Source: Candidatus Omnitrophota bacterium (GTDB lineage Bacteria; Omnitrophota; Gorgyraeia; JABMSB01). From it: a stretch of DNA of 64,000 nt. Both the position numbers and the translations under genes were made by a program. The stretch lies in assembly GCA_013202205.1 (NCBI GenBank), contig JABMSB010000031.1, forward strand, positions 310 to 64,309, given 5' to 3'. Positions 29,521-38,379 of the stretch are shown in pieces. The stretch's first letter is position 1; the number at the start of each line of letters is the position of its first letter. The notes beneath the pieces are model-generated. The model was not told where the DNA came from and did no database searches. It worked only from the letters and a program-made list of their open reading frames with translations.

Positions 29521-30648
29521 TTATAGAAGCTTGAGGATAGCTTGGGCGGCGCGCATGGAGGCACCGGGTGAGCCGAGTTTTTTCTTCACAAGATTGAGCT
29601 CAGACTTCATCTGGATCTGTTTCATGGGATCATTTAGGATAGAGACGGTTTCGTAGGCTATTGAATCGGGTTTTGCATCACCTTGCAGGAATTCAGGTAC
29701 GATTCTTTTTCCGGCCACGACATTGACAAGGCCCACATAGGGCAGGGTTATGAGAAGACGGACCATAAGAGCTGTTATGGGTGACACCTTGTAGACGATA
29801 ACCATTGGCTTACCCATGACGGCCGTCTCAAGTGTCGAGCTTCCCGATGCCACAATGACGAAATCGGCCGCGGTGAGAGATTCGAGGTTCTTTTTGGAAG
29901 TGAGCTTGATGGGTAAGTCATATTTACGCAATTCTGACTCATAAAGCTCATCGGCCATGGACGACGGCTTAGATATGAGAAATTGTACATCCTGCCTTCT
30001 TTTGCAAACTCCTACAGCAGCTTCCAACATTATGGGGAGTATCTTCTCAACCTCTTTCCGGCGGGATCCGGGCAGGAGTAGTATAGTTTTTTTCTCTTTC
30101 GCAAGGCCCAGCATATCGAGTACTATCTCTTTTGGGCCGGTCGGTGTTATGGAATCCACAAAGGGGTGCCCTACCCACTCAACAGGCACTCCTTCTTTTT
30201 CATATAACTCCTTCTCAAAATCGAAGAAGACGACCATGAGATCTACAGTCTCGCGTATCGTCTTAATTCTTTTTTTACCCCATGCCCATATCTGAGGGCT
30301 TATGTAGTAGACGAGGGGGATATTGCGTTTTTTTACTTCCCTTGCAAGACGCATGTTGAATCCCGGATAGTCTATCAATATGACCATATCAGGCCTATCC
30401 GAATCGAGTGTCGAAACCAAGTCCTTAAAGATCTTTTTAAATTCACTATAGTGCTTAAGGACTTCTATGAATCCCACGACGGCAATCTCTGTCATGTCGC
30501 GATAGAGTTTGGCACCGGCTGTGGCCATCAATGGCCCACCGAGACCGGTGAAAGAGATATCCTGGCGCAAGGACTTCATATCCCTGATGAGGTTTGCGCC
30601 GTGCCTATCCCCGGAATGTTCTCCCGCAACTATAAGGATCTTCTTCAT
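29521..30648 (-). CDS. lpxB: Lipid-A-disaccharide synthase
   Basis: MKKILIVAGEHSGDRHGANL... GT19 family. 375 aa. Confidence 0.85.
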   Translation of the reverse strand: MKKILIVAGEHSGDRHGANLIRDMKSLRQDISFTGLGGPLMATAGAKLYRDMTEIAVVGFIEVLKHYSEFKKIFKDLVSTLDSDRPDMVILIDYPGFNMRLAREVKKRNIPLVYYISPQIWAWGKKRIKTIRETVDLMVVFFDFEKELYEKEGVPVEWVGHPFVDSITPTGPKEIVLDMLGLAKEKKTILLLPGSRRKEVEKILPIMLEAAVGVCKRRQDVQFLISKPSSMADELYESELRKYDLPIKLTSKKNLESLTAADFVIVASGSSTLETAVMGKPMVIVYKVSPITALMVRLLITLPYVGLVNVVAGKRIVPEFLQGDAKPDSIAYETVSILNDPMKQIQMKSELNLVKKKLGSPGASMRAAQAILKLL

Positions 30649-30661
30649 AACAAGGTCTATC

Positions 30662-31582
30662 TTACTTTTTTCTGTGGATTATGTTAGTGATCTCAAGGGC
30701 GGCCTCAAGCGCGCGACGGCCTTCAATCCCCGAGACGAGGGGTTTCTTTTTGTGGTGCAGGCAATGGATGAACGATTCCAGCTCAAGCTTAAGGGGTTCC
30801 TCTTTTTTGATATTTATACGTTTCCGCTTTATCCGTTTTCCTTCCTTTGTATATATTTGGGCATCCTGCCTGACATAATCGAGTGAGATGTAAGCATTCT
30901 CCCGGAAGATCCGTATCTTGCGCATCTCTTTATTGGATACACGGCTTGCCGTGATATTAGCGACGGCACCGTTTTGGAAAGTCAATCGGGCATTAGCTAA
31001 GTCCTCATGTTTTGTTAGGATCGGTATGCCAATGGCTGAGATATTCTCTATCTCAGAGCCTACAAGGTCGAGTATTATGTCGATATCGTGTATCATGAGA
31101 TCGAGTACGACACCGACATCGAGGCTCCTCTTCTTATATGGCGCAAGGCGATGGCACTCGATAAAACCGACCTTTCCCTGGTACTGCTCTATGGCGCGCA
31201 CGGCAGAATTGAACCTCTCTATATGGCCTACCTGAAGGATAAGGTTATTCTCTTTTGCCAGAAAGAGGAGTTCATCAGCCTCTTCTACCGTCGATGTCAT
31301 CGGTTTTTCGATTAGGATGTTTATCCCGAGCTCTATAAGGCCTTTTGCTACTTCAAAATGTGTTACAGTGGGTGTAGCTATGCTGACAGCATCTACCATC
31401 TTGGCCAATTTACGCCAATCTGTAAAATATTGGGTACGATAGTTTTTGGCGACCTTCCTGGCCCTTTTTGGACTAAGATCACAGACCCCAACAAGCTCAA
31501 CATCTTTTAGCTTCGAATAGATGCGCGCATGTTGTGATCCAAGATGGCCGACGCCTATTACAGCTACCCTCTTCTTCATCAC
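30662..31582 (-). CDS. gnnA: Gfo/Idh/MocA NAD-dependent oxidoreductase, candidate UDP-GlcNAc 3-dehydrogenase (GnnA-like)
   Basis: Rossmann N-terminus VAVIGVGHLG. Operon position between lpxB and a DegT aminotransferase. The substrate assignment is an inference. Confidence 0.55.
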   Translation of the reverse strand: MMKKRVAVIGVGHLGSQHARIYSKLKDVELVGVCDLSPKRARKVAKNYRTQYFTDWRKLAKMVDAVSIATPTVTHFEVAKGLIELGINILIEKPMTSTVEEADELLFLAKENNLILQVGHIERFNSAVRAIEQYQGKVGFIECHRLAPYKKRSLDVGVVLDLMIHDIDIILDLVGSEIENISAIGIPILTKHEDLANARLTFQNGAVANITASRVSNKEMRKIRIFRENAYISLDYVRQDAQIYTKEGKRIKRKRINIKKEEPLKLELESFIHCLHHKKKPLVSGIEGRRALEAALEITNIIHRKK

Positions 31583-32670
31583 TTTTTACCCCAGCTTCTT
31601 ATACCATTTATTATTGTAGAGAGATCTTTTTTAGTTAATCCAGGATGGATAGGCAGGCAAACGACTTCACGCGCAGCCGCTTCTGCATTTGGAAAGCGCA
31701 ATTTGCCATAGCCAAGTTTTTTATAAAGCGGTTGTTTATGGAGAGGGACAGGATATAGCGGGACACCTTCAACGCCCTTGGTTTTAAGGTGTTCTATAAA
31801 ACTGCCTCTATTTTTTACACGAACCGTATATTGGTGGTATATGTGTTTTCTTCCCGTTGGAACTTCGGGTATTTTCAAGAAATTCAAATCTTTTAACCCT
31901 TTCGATAAGACTTTTGCATTGTGAATCCTTTTTCTGTTTAATGAGTCGATGCGTTTAAGCTGTTCGATACCCATCGCAGCTTGAAAATCCGTCATTCTAT
32001 AATTATAGCCTAAGCGGTCATGCAGAAAACGGGAAGCCCTACCGTGGTTTATCAGACGTTTACAAAGATCAGAGACCTTCTTCTTATTTGTCGTTATCAT
32101 GCCGCCTTCACCCGTAGTCATATTCTTTGTGCCATAGAGGCTGAAGGTCCCTGCATCACCAAAGGAACCGGCTCGTCTTTTGCCATGCTCGGCCCCAACT
32201 GCCTGCGCGCAATCTTCAATAAGCAAGAGTTTATGTTTTTTAGCGATCCGCATGATTTCCCGCATATCACAAGGAAGGCCGTATAGATGGACGATGAGAA
32301 GCGCCTTTATACGCGGATTACGCCGAAGCGCCTTCTCAATTTCGTAAGGGGAGATGTTAAAGGTGAGAGGGTCTATATCACAGAAGAGGGGTTTAGCACC
32401 GCAGTAAAGGACAGAATTTGCAGTTGCGATAAATGTAAAAGGTGTCGTCAGGATAAGATCACCCTTTTTTACACCCGTAGCTAAAAGAGCAGCATGCAGG
32501 GCTGTTGTTCCGCTTGAGACCGCAATAGCGTGTCTAACGCCCGCATATTGGGCAAAGAGATTTTGGAACCGCTCAACCTGGGGCCCGCTACATATCATCC
32601 CTGAGCGTATGACCTTGCCCATAGCCCTCTTTTCCTGCTCACCTACCTGAAGCCTGATAAGCCGTATCAT
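31579..32670 (-). CDS. gnnB: DegT/DnrJ/EryC1/StrS PLP aminotransferase, candidate UDP-3-oxo-GlcNAc aminotransferase (GnnB-like)
   Basis: 363 aa. DegT family motifs. Translationally coupled to the upstream oxidoreductase. Confidence 0.55.
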   Translation of the reverse strand: MIRLIRLQVGEQEKRAMGKVIRSGMICSGPQVERFQNLFAQYAGVRHAIAVSSGTTALHAALLATGVKKGDLILTTPFTFIATANSVLYCGAKPLFCDIDPLTFNISPYEIEKALRRNPRIKALLIVHLYGLPCDMREIMRIAKKHKLLLIEDCAQAVGAEHGKRRAGSFGDAGTFSLYGTKNMTTGEGGMITTNKKKVSDLCKRLINHGRASRFLHDRLGYNYRMTDFQAAMGIEQLKRIDSLNRKRIHNAKVLSKGLKDLNFLKIPEVPTGRKHIYHQYTVRVKNRGSFIEHLKTKGVEGVPLYPVPLHKQPLYKKLGYGKLRFPNAEAAAREVVCLPIHPGLTKKDLSTIINGIRSWGKK

Positions 32671-32782
32671 AATAAGCTGCCTCCATAGTGTAATAGGGGA
32701 TTATAGCACTACCTCAAATAGGAAGCAAGGATTTTTTAGAAAACTAACGTTTGAAGAATTTAACCGATTTGACCAGAATTGC

Positions 32783-32811
32783 TTGACATATATTGACTTA
32801 TAGACTATAAT
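32783..32811 (+). promoter_or_regulatory. Perfect consensus sigma70 promoter TTGACA-N17-TATAAT
   Basis: TTGACA at 32783-32788. Spacer of 17 nt. TATAAT at 32806-32811. A second TTGACT lies inside the spacer. Confidence 0.55.
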
Positions 32812-32842
32812 TCTATATAAAGCTATATTATTAGGAGACTAT

Positions 32843-33028
32843 ATGTTAATAGGGCCGTTCGATATGCGTGAGCATATTTACGGTAGGGAAAGACGCCTTG
32901 TTAAATACAAATATAGGGAAAAGGGCTTTTGGTTTCTAAGAAGCTCTCTGGTAGCAGTATCATCACCAGGGAGCTATTTTTATATACAGAATAGAGATTA
33001 TCGTATTAACCAGGGTGAATTGAGCTAA
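32843..33028 (+). CDS. Small hypothetical protein (61 aa), first ORF behind the consensus promoter
   Basis: RBS taggagact sits 7 nt before the ATG. No recognisable family. Confidence 0.35.
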   Translation: MLIGPFDMREHIYGRERRLVKYKYREKGFWFLRSSLVAVSSPGSYFYIQNRDYRINQGELS

Positions 33029-33059
33029 AAAAAGACGCATAATTATAAGGTGAAACTTT

Positions 33060-33488
33060 ATGTTTAAATGGCTCATAGACAGGCGCATGTATGTACGCAT
33101 GAGGGCCCATGATCTTGCTCGATATAGATACGAGAAGGCTGCTTTGGAAACCGAAAAGGTATCAAGTATAAAGGATATAAGCGCCGGGGGTGTCTTATTA
33201 ATTACCGATGAGCCTATAGAGGAGGGGACGATCTTAGAATTAAAGATAAATGTCCCTTTTAAGAAGGAGCCACTGGCTTGCCGCGCAAAAGCTTTAAGGT
33301 ATAAAGAGCGCAAAACAGCCACAGGGATTGCCTATGAAACAGGTTGCCTTTTTCTTGATATAACAGAGAAAGACAAAAAGGATGTGGTGATATTTCTTGA
33401 TCATGTCCTGAAGAAGGTCTCATTGCCAAAGTATATCTTAACGAAGATGCGCAGAAAGTGGCGCGGGCTGATAGGAAGAAAGGCATAG
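33060..33488 (+). CDS. PilZ-domain (c-di-GMP-binding) protein
   Basis: RMYVRMRAH carries the RxxxR motif. DISAGGVLL carries the D/NxSxxG motif. 142 aa. Confidence 0.7.
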   Translation: MFKWLIDRRMYVRMRAHDLARYRYEKAALETEKVSSIKDISAGGVLLITDEPIEEGTILELKINVPFKKEPLACRAKALRYKERKTATGIAYETGCLFLDITEKDKKDVVIFLDHVLKKVSLPKYILTKMRRKWRGLIGRKA

Positions 33489-33495
33489 ATCAACA

Positions 33496-34632
33496 ATGAA
33501 AATTGGCATATTTTTTATATTCTCGGCCGTTCTTATCTCACTATCAGCACCCACGTATGCTGCGGAGCGTTTTACGCTGGGGCCATGGGATGTCCAGCCC
33601 TATATTACTACAGAGATGACATATAATGACAATATCTTTCAGCGGGAGAACGATGTGGATGGGGAGACGTATTTTACTACCACTCCCGGGGTCAGATTGG
33701 ATCTTCCATGGGATGAACATGCCGTTACGCTTGATTACAAGCTTAACATAGTCCATTTCCTGGAGATGTGGAATGAAGACCAGCAGCAGAATGACATATA
33801 TCTTTTGTATAATTTCGAGTTTAATAAGTTTTCCTTTAGGTTTTCAGACCGCTTTTATGAAGATTACGGTGTCCCGACAGGTTCGGAACGCCAGGATATA
33901 GACCCTTATTACGCCAATGTGGCAAACGTGAATTTCGGTATGGAGTTTAACCGTCTTATATTCGACATAGGATACACCAATACCATTTATGAATATCATC
34001 AAGTGGATAGTACTGGTAGTCAACAAGAAGACGAATTACGCATAACCGGATATGTGAGACCTTTTCCAAAGACGAAAATTTTATTTGAAACAAACCTAAC
34101 TCGCAAGAAATATGATAACAAAAACGATGGAAATGCCGATGCGCTTGAATTATATATTGGCGCCGACGGCAAGATAGCACCGAAGACAACAGGGATAATC
34201 AAACTCGGCTATCAGTGGTGGGACTATACAGAGTCGGGCAACTTTAAGGGGGACGGTGTATACGTCGATTTAAACCACAGATTCAATGATTATAACTGGC
34301 TTGATATGAATATCGAGCGCAGGGAAGATGCAAACCTTTATGCTGAAGAGAGTTATTATACTATAAGCAAAATTCTCTTAAGATATTCAAGGAAGATGAG
34401 CTGGCGCCTCACAGGATTTTTAGGCGGATATTATCAACTCGATGAATACCCGACAAGAGGGTCGCTTACGAGAGAAGATACCGTCTATAATGCCAATCTG
34501 GGTTTTAGTTACCAGTTTTGGGAAGATCTGAGATTCAACGCAGGATACGATTTTACAAAGAAGATATCAAATTCCACAAACGCAGATTATACGGCGAACA
34601 AGGTAACCTGGAAATATGACCTCCTCTTCTGA
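33496..34632 (+). CDS. Outer-membrane beta-barrel protein (EPS-locus associated), signal peptide, C-terminal Phe
   Basis: Signal peptide ending in AAE. Alternating amphipathic strands rich in Y/W/N. Terminal ...YDLLF. Confidence 0.6.
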   Translation: MKIGIFFIFSAVLISLSAPTYAAERFTLGPWDVQPYITTEMTYNDNIFQRENDVDGETYFTTTPGVRLDLPWDEHAVTLDYKLNIVHFLEMWNEDQQQNDIYLLYNFEFNKFSFRFSDRFYEDYGVPTGSERQDIDPYYANVANVNFGMEFNRLIFDIGYTNTIYEYHQVDSTGSQQEDELRITGYVRPFPKTKILFETNLTRKKYDNKNDGNADALELYIGADGKIAPKTTGIIKLGYQWWDYTESGNFKGDGVYVDLNHRFNDYNWLDMNIERREDANLYAEESYYTISKILLRYSRKMSWRLTGFLGGYYQLDEYPTRGSLTREDTVYNANLGFSYQFWEDLRFNAGYDFTKKISNSTNADYTANKVTWKYDLLF

Positions 34633-36157
34633 TATACACAAAGATATGGCCAAAAAAGCGGCAAAAAAACCGCCAAAGGGACTATTATTCGCTGCGATTG
34701 TAGTTATAACCATCGCAGTAGCCATCTTTATAGGAAATATACTTAACAATTGGACCACAGCCCTTAAGGAGCGCAAAAAAGCAGAATTTGCCGCTGATTT
34801 CGAAAGAAAAGCCGGCCCATCGCTCGATATCGAACTGACAAAGGATGAGGAGAAGGAGATATCGAGTATCATAAGGGATAAGCTTATCCCGCCGGAAGCA
34901 GAGATCCTGAAAGAGAAGTTAAAAGAGATGGAACTCTCCAAGATAACCGCAGACATAGAGGCGCTAAGAGGGGAATTGTCGAGAATTAGAGAAGCCAAGA
35001 AGGAAGCAACTGACGAGACCGCAGAAGTGCTGAAGGCGACTACGGAGAAGATCGAAGAAGTTTTTGGCCAGAGATTAGATTTAATAACGAAGAGGGTACA
35101 AGAGGAGATATCAGAGAAGGTCATAACGAAGGAGGAGTTTGACCAGTTAAGGGGTTCTATAGACAACATGAAAAATGAGTTGCGTGCAGAGATGCAAAAG
35201 GACCCGGTAGCGGTTGCAACAACCAAAGAAGTATCTACCACAGCCTTATTATCTGAGGAGATTGGGGTGAAATTGTCGGAACCTGAGGGTATTGAGGGAG
35301 AAGGGGAAGTGTCGCAAGAACCATATGATGCAACCGAGGGATATAAAAAAGACGAAGAGAAGACCAAAGAGGCCGTCCCCATTGAAGAGAGACTCCCACC
35401 GCCAAAACCGGGCGAATACGTAATCAGCCCGGGAGATTTGATTGAGGTAACGGTATACGAAGAACCCGATTTAAGCAGAACAGTCAAAGTGTCGCCCAGC
35501 GGCGATATATCTTATCCGTTATTAGGCCGTATGAAATTAGCAGGATTGTCCATATCGCAAGTTGAAAGTAAATTCAGGCGTTTTCTTGATAGGGAATACT
35601 TGGTAAACTCACAGGTTACGGTATTTGTGAGAGAATATGGTAAGGTATCTGTTCTCGGATCTGTGAATAAGCCAGGTGCTTATGAGCTCAAAGATAACCT
35701 GACCCTTCTCGACGCCATTGCCTTAGCAGGTGGTTTTAAAGAAGTAGCCGATTTGACAAATGTCAAAGTTATACGCACAGAAAGTGGCAAAGAAAATACC
35801 ATTTATATAAATGCCGAGGACATAACAGTGAGGGGAGACAGCGGTAAGAACATTTCACTCAGATCCTCAGACACGGTTTATGTCAGTCAGGTAGGCAAGG
35901 TGACTATAATAGGTGAGGTTAATAGGCCGGGTACTTACGACATCAAGCCGAATATGAAAGCAGTAGAAGCTATAACCATGGCAGGTGGCTTTACGAAGAT
36001 CGCAGCCCCCAAGAAGATAAAGATAGCCCGCACAGAAGACGGCATTGAAAAGACGATAATGGTAAACGTAGACGAAATAACAAAGAAGGGGCGTAAAGAT
36101 AAGGACGTCCTACTCAAATCGGGCGACATCATAATGGTCCCGGAGAGTTTCTTTTAA
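34616..36157 (+). CDS. Wza-like polysaccharide export protein (Poly_export + SLBB domains) with an unusual N-terminal TM helix and ~230-aa coiled-coil/acidic region
   Basis: Poly_export motif PGDLIEVTVYEEPDLSRTVKVSPSGDISYPLLGRMKLAGLS. Two SLBB-like repeats. The N-terminal LLFAAIVVITIAVAIFIGNIL is a TM helix, not a lipoprotein signal. Confidence 0.7.
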   Translation: MTSSSDIHKDMAKKAAKKPPKGLLFAAIVVITIAVAIFIGNILNNWTTALKERKKAEFAADFERKAGPSLDIELTKDEEKEISSIIRDKLIPPEAEILKEKLKEMELSKITADIEALRGELSRIREAKKEATDETAEVLKATTEKIEEVFGQRLDLITKRVQEEISEKVITKEEFDQLRGSIDNMKNELRAEMQKDPVAVATTKEVSTTALLSEEIGVKLSEPEGIEGEGEVSQEPYDATEGYKKDEEKTKEAVPIEERLPPPKPGEYVISPGDLIEVTVYEEPDLSRTVKVSPSGDISYPLLGRMKLAGLSISQVESKFRRFLDREYLVNSQVTVFVREYGKVSVLGSVNKPGAYELKDNLTLLDAIALAGGFKEVADLTNVKVIRTESGKENTIYINAEDITVRGDSGKNISLRSSDTVYVSQVGKVTIIGEVNRPGTYDIKPNMKAVEAITMAGGFTKIAAPKKIKIARTEDGIEKTIMVNVDEITKKGRKDKDVLLKSGDIIMVPESFF

Positions 36158-36166
36158 GAGGTTATT

Positions 36167-38017
36167 ATGCTACCAAGCGCACAAGGGCACGAAGCAGAAC
36201 TTAAAGATTATATCCAAATCGTAAAAAAGCAGAAGTGGCTAATTGCGTTAGTTGCCTTTGTGCTAGTAATAGTTGTGGCTATAGCCTCATTTAGGATGAC
36301 GCCTATATATAAGGCAGTAACGGTTCTTTTGATAGAAAAGGTTACACCCAAGATCGTCAATATAGAAGATATATACGGTACCGGTCCGGCAGACAGGGAG
36401 TATTACGAGACGCAGTACAAGATTTTGGCATCCCGCTCCCTGGCAAAATTGGTCTTTGATGAACTCAATCTATGGAAGGACGGAATGTTTGCTAAAAGCG
36501 CCGATCCTATAAGTTCTTTTTTGGGACATCTTGATATAGTACCGATTAGGAACAGCAGATTGGTCAATATTGGGTTTAAGGGAGCGGATCCCCTGAAGAT
36601 CACCAAGATAGTAAATGCCCTGGCCAAGGTATATATACGTGAGGATTTAGAACGGCGCCTAACGAGTTCCCGCGAAGCCATTGAGCGGCTATCCGTGCAG
36701 CTCGATTTGCTCAAGGACAAGGTTGAGGAATCTGATAAGGCGCTTCAGGATTACAAGGAAAAAGAGAATATAATCACGCTGCCAGCCGAACAAGAGAAGG
36801 TAAATTCTTTTATTGAGAACATGAGGAAGGAAAAGGCGCGCCTTGAGGCGGAAACTGCTGAGATGGAGAAGCGATACTTGCCGAAACACCCCAAGACAAT
36901 TCGTATTAAATCGGAGTTTAAGTCGGTCGAGCAGAAGATAAAAGACGAGGAAAAGAAAATACTGGGACTCAATAAGAAAACGATCCAGTACAATGTGCTA
37001 CTGAGAGAGATGGAGACGAACAGGGAGCTTTACAATTCACTCCTCAAGCGCGCCAAGGAGACGGGTGTATCCGAAGAGCTCAAATCGACCAATATACGCG
37101 TTATCGATGCGGCAGAAGTCCCAAAAAGTCCTATAAGTCCCAAAAAGAAGAGGAATATAATATTGGCGCTTATGATCGGTTTAATAATAGGGACGAGCGG
37201 TGCATTCTTCGTAGAATATTTAGACAACACGATCAAGACAGCCGATGACATAGAACAGTTTATCGGCCTTCCTTTCCTCGGGTATATACCCAATACAGGG
37301 AAGGAGGCGAAAAAGGGTATTCAAAAAGATATCGACCTTATAGCGCATAATAAGCCGCGATCAACCATAACGGAGGCCTACCGCAATATACGCACAGGGG
37401 TATTGTTCTCAGTGCTTGATAAGCCGATAAAAACCATCTTAGTTACCAGCGGTCTCCCGGGAGAAGGCAAGACAACCGTATCTATAAATCTCGCTACGGT
37501 CATGGCTCAGGCAGGGGACAAGGTTTTGTTGGTCGAAACGGATATGCGCAAGCCGCGTTTTCATAAGACATTTAATACAATCGTGAAGGAGGGGCTGAGC
37601 AGCGTACTTGTGGGAGAAGCAAAACTCGAAGACTGCATTAAGGCGACAGATGTGCCAAACCTTTTTGTCCTGGTATCCGGCCTCATACCGCCAAACCCCT
37701 CGGAGCTGCTTAACTCACAAAAGATGAGAGAGTTCTTACAGGGCCAGAAAGGCAGTTTTGACCGCCTGATCCTTGATTCACCGCCTATCCTTACAGTTAC
37801 CGACTCGGCTATTTTGGCCAACATAGTGGATGGCGTAATAGATGTGATACAGGGCGGCAAAACGGAGGCCGAAACGGTTCTGCGCACAAAACAGAAGCTC
37901 ACAGATGCCCGGGCACATATTCTCGGCCTTGTTATAAATAATATAAATATCCGCCGAGAAGATTACAATTATTATTCATATTACTATTATGGGAAGAGCG
38001 AAGAGAAGAATGTATGA
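36167..38017 (+). CDS. Wzc-type polysaccharide co-polymerase / BY tyrosine autokinase
   Basis: Wzz N-terminal TM and coiled coil. Second TM. Walker A SGLPGEGKTT. Tyr-rich tail YNYYSYYYYG. Confidence 0.85.
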   Translation: MLPSAQGHEAELKDYIQIVKKQKWLIALVAFVLVIVVAIASFRMTPIYKAVTVLLIEKVTPKIVNIEDIYGTGPADREYYETQYKILASRSLAKLVFDELNLWKDGMFAKSADPISSFLGHLDIVPIRNSRLVNIGFKGADPLKITKIVNALAKVYIREDLERRLTSSREAIERLSVQLDLLKDKVEESDKALQDYKEKENIITLPAEQEKVNSFIENMRKEKARLEAETAEMEKRYLPKHPKTIRIKSEFKSVEQKIKDEEKKILGLNKKTIQYNVLLREMETNRELYNSLLKRAKETGVSEELKSTNIRVIDAAEVPKSPISPKKKRNIILALMIGLIIGTSGAFFVEYLDNTIKTADDIEQFIGLPFLGYIPNTGKEAKKGIQKDIDLIAHNKPRSTITEAYRNIRTGVLFSVLDKPIKTILVTSGLPGEGKTTVSINLATVMAQAGDKVLLVETDMRKPRFHKTFNTIVKEGLSSVLVGEAKLEDCIKATDVPNLFVLVSGLIPPNPSELLNSQKMREFLQGQKGSFDRLILDSPPILTVTDSAILANIVDGVIDVIQGGKTEAETVLRTKQKLTDARAHILGLVINNINIRREDYNYYSYYYYGKSEEKNV

Positions 38018-38128
38018 TATCTATGAGCATAGTAGAGATCAAAAGGCCTTCCGTATTCGCTGTTTGTGATTTCTTTTTTTCGCTGATACTGCTACCTAAA
38101 TCTCTATCGCTCATCTTATCGCCATGGG

Positions 38129-38332
38129 TTGCATCTTATCGATAATAACCCTCGCAGAGAAATACGGCATTTCTTTCCAGCACTTTATGACATCACTGAA
38201 TCTTATAGAAAGCTTGGGCGGTTACATCAAGCCATGTTTTATTATCAGCGCGCCCTCAATGTTAACCCTAATGATAAGAAGGTCTTACATGGGTTAAGCA
38301 TTATAGATAAAGCTATACCTCATGGTAAGTAA
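38129..38332 (+). pseudogene. Remnant TPR fragment, paralogous to the C-terminus of the Wzy-TPR protein at 43602-46118
   Basis: ALYDITESYRKLGRLHQAMFYYQRALNVNPNDKKVLHGLSIIDKAI aligns with AYYGIGESYNKLEQFNRALFYYQETLRLKPDGKDILQKIESI at roughly 45% identity. No upstream domain and no RBS. Confidence 0.5.
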
Positions 38333-38379
38333 AAAAAGTAGATATTAAATGCAGGTCAAGTTCTAATTTAAAAGGGATA

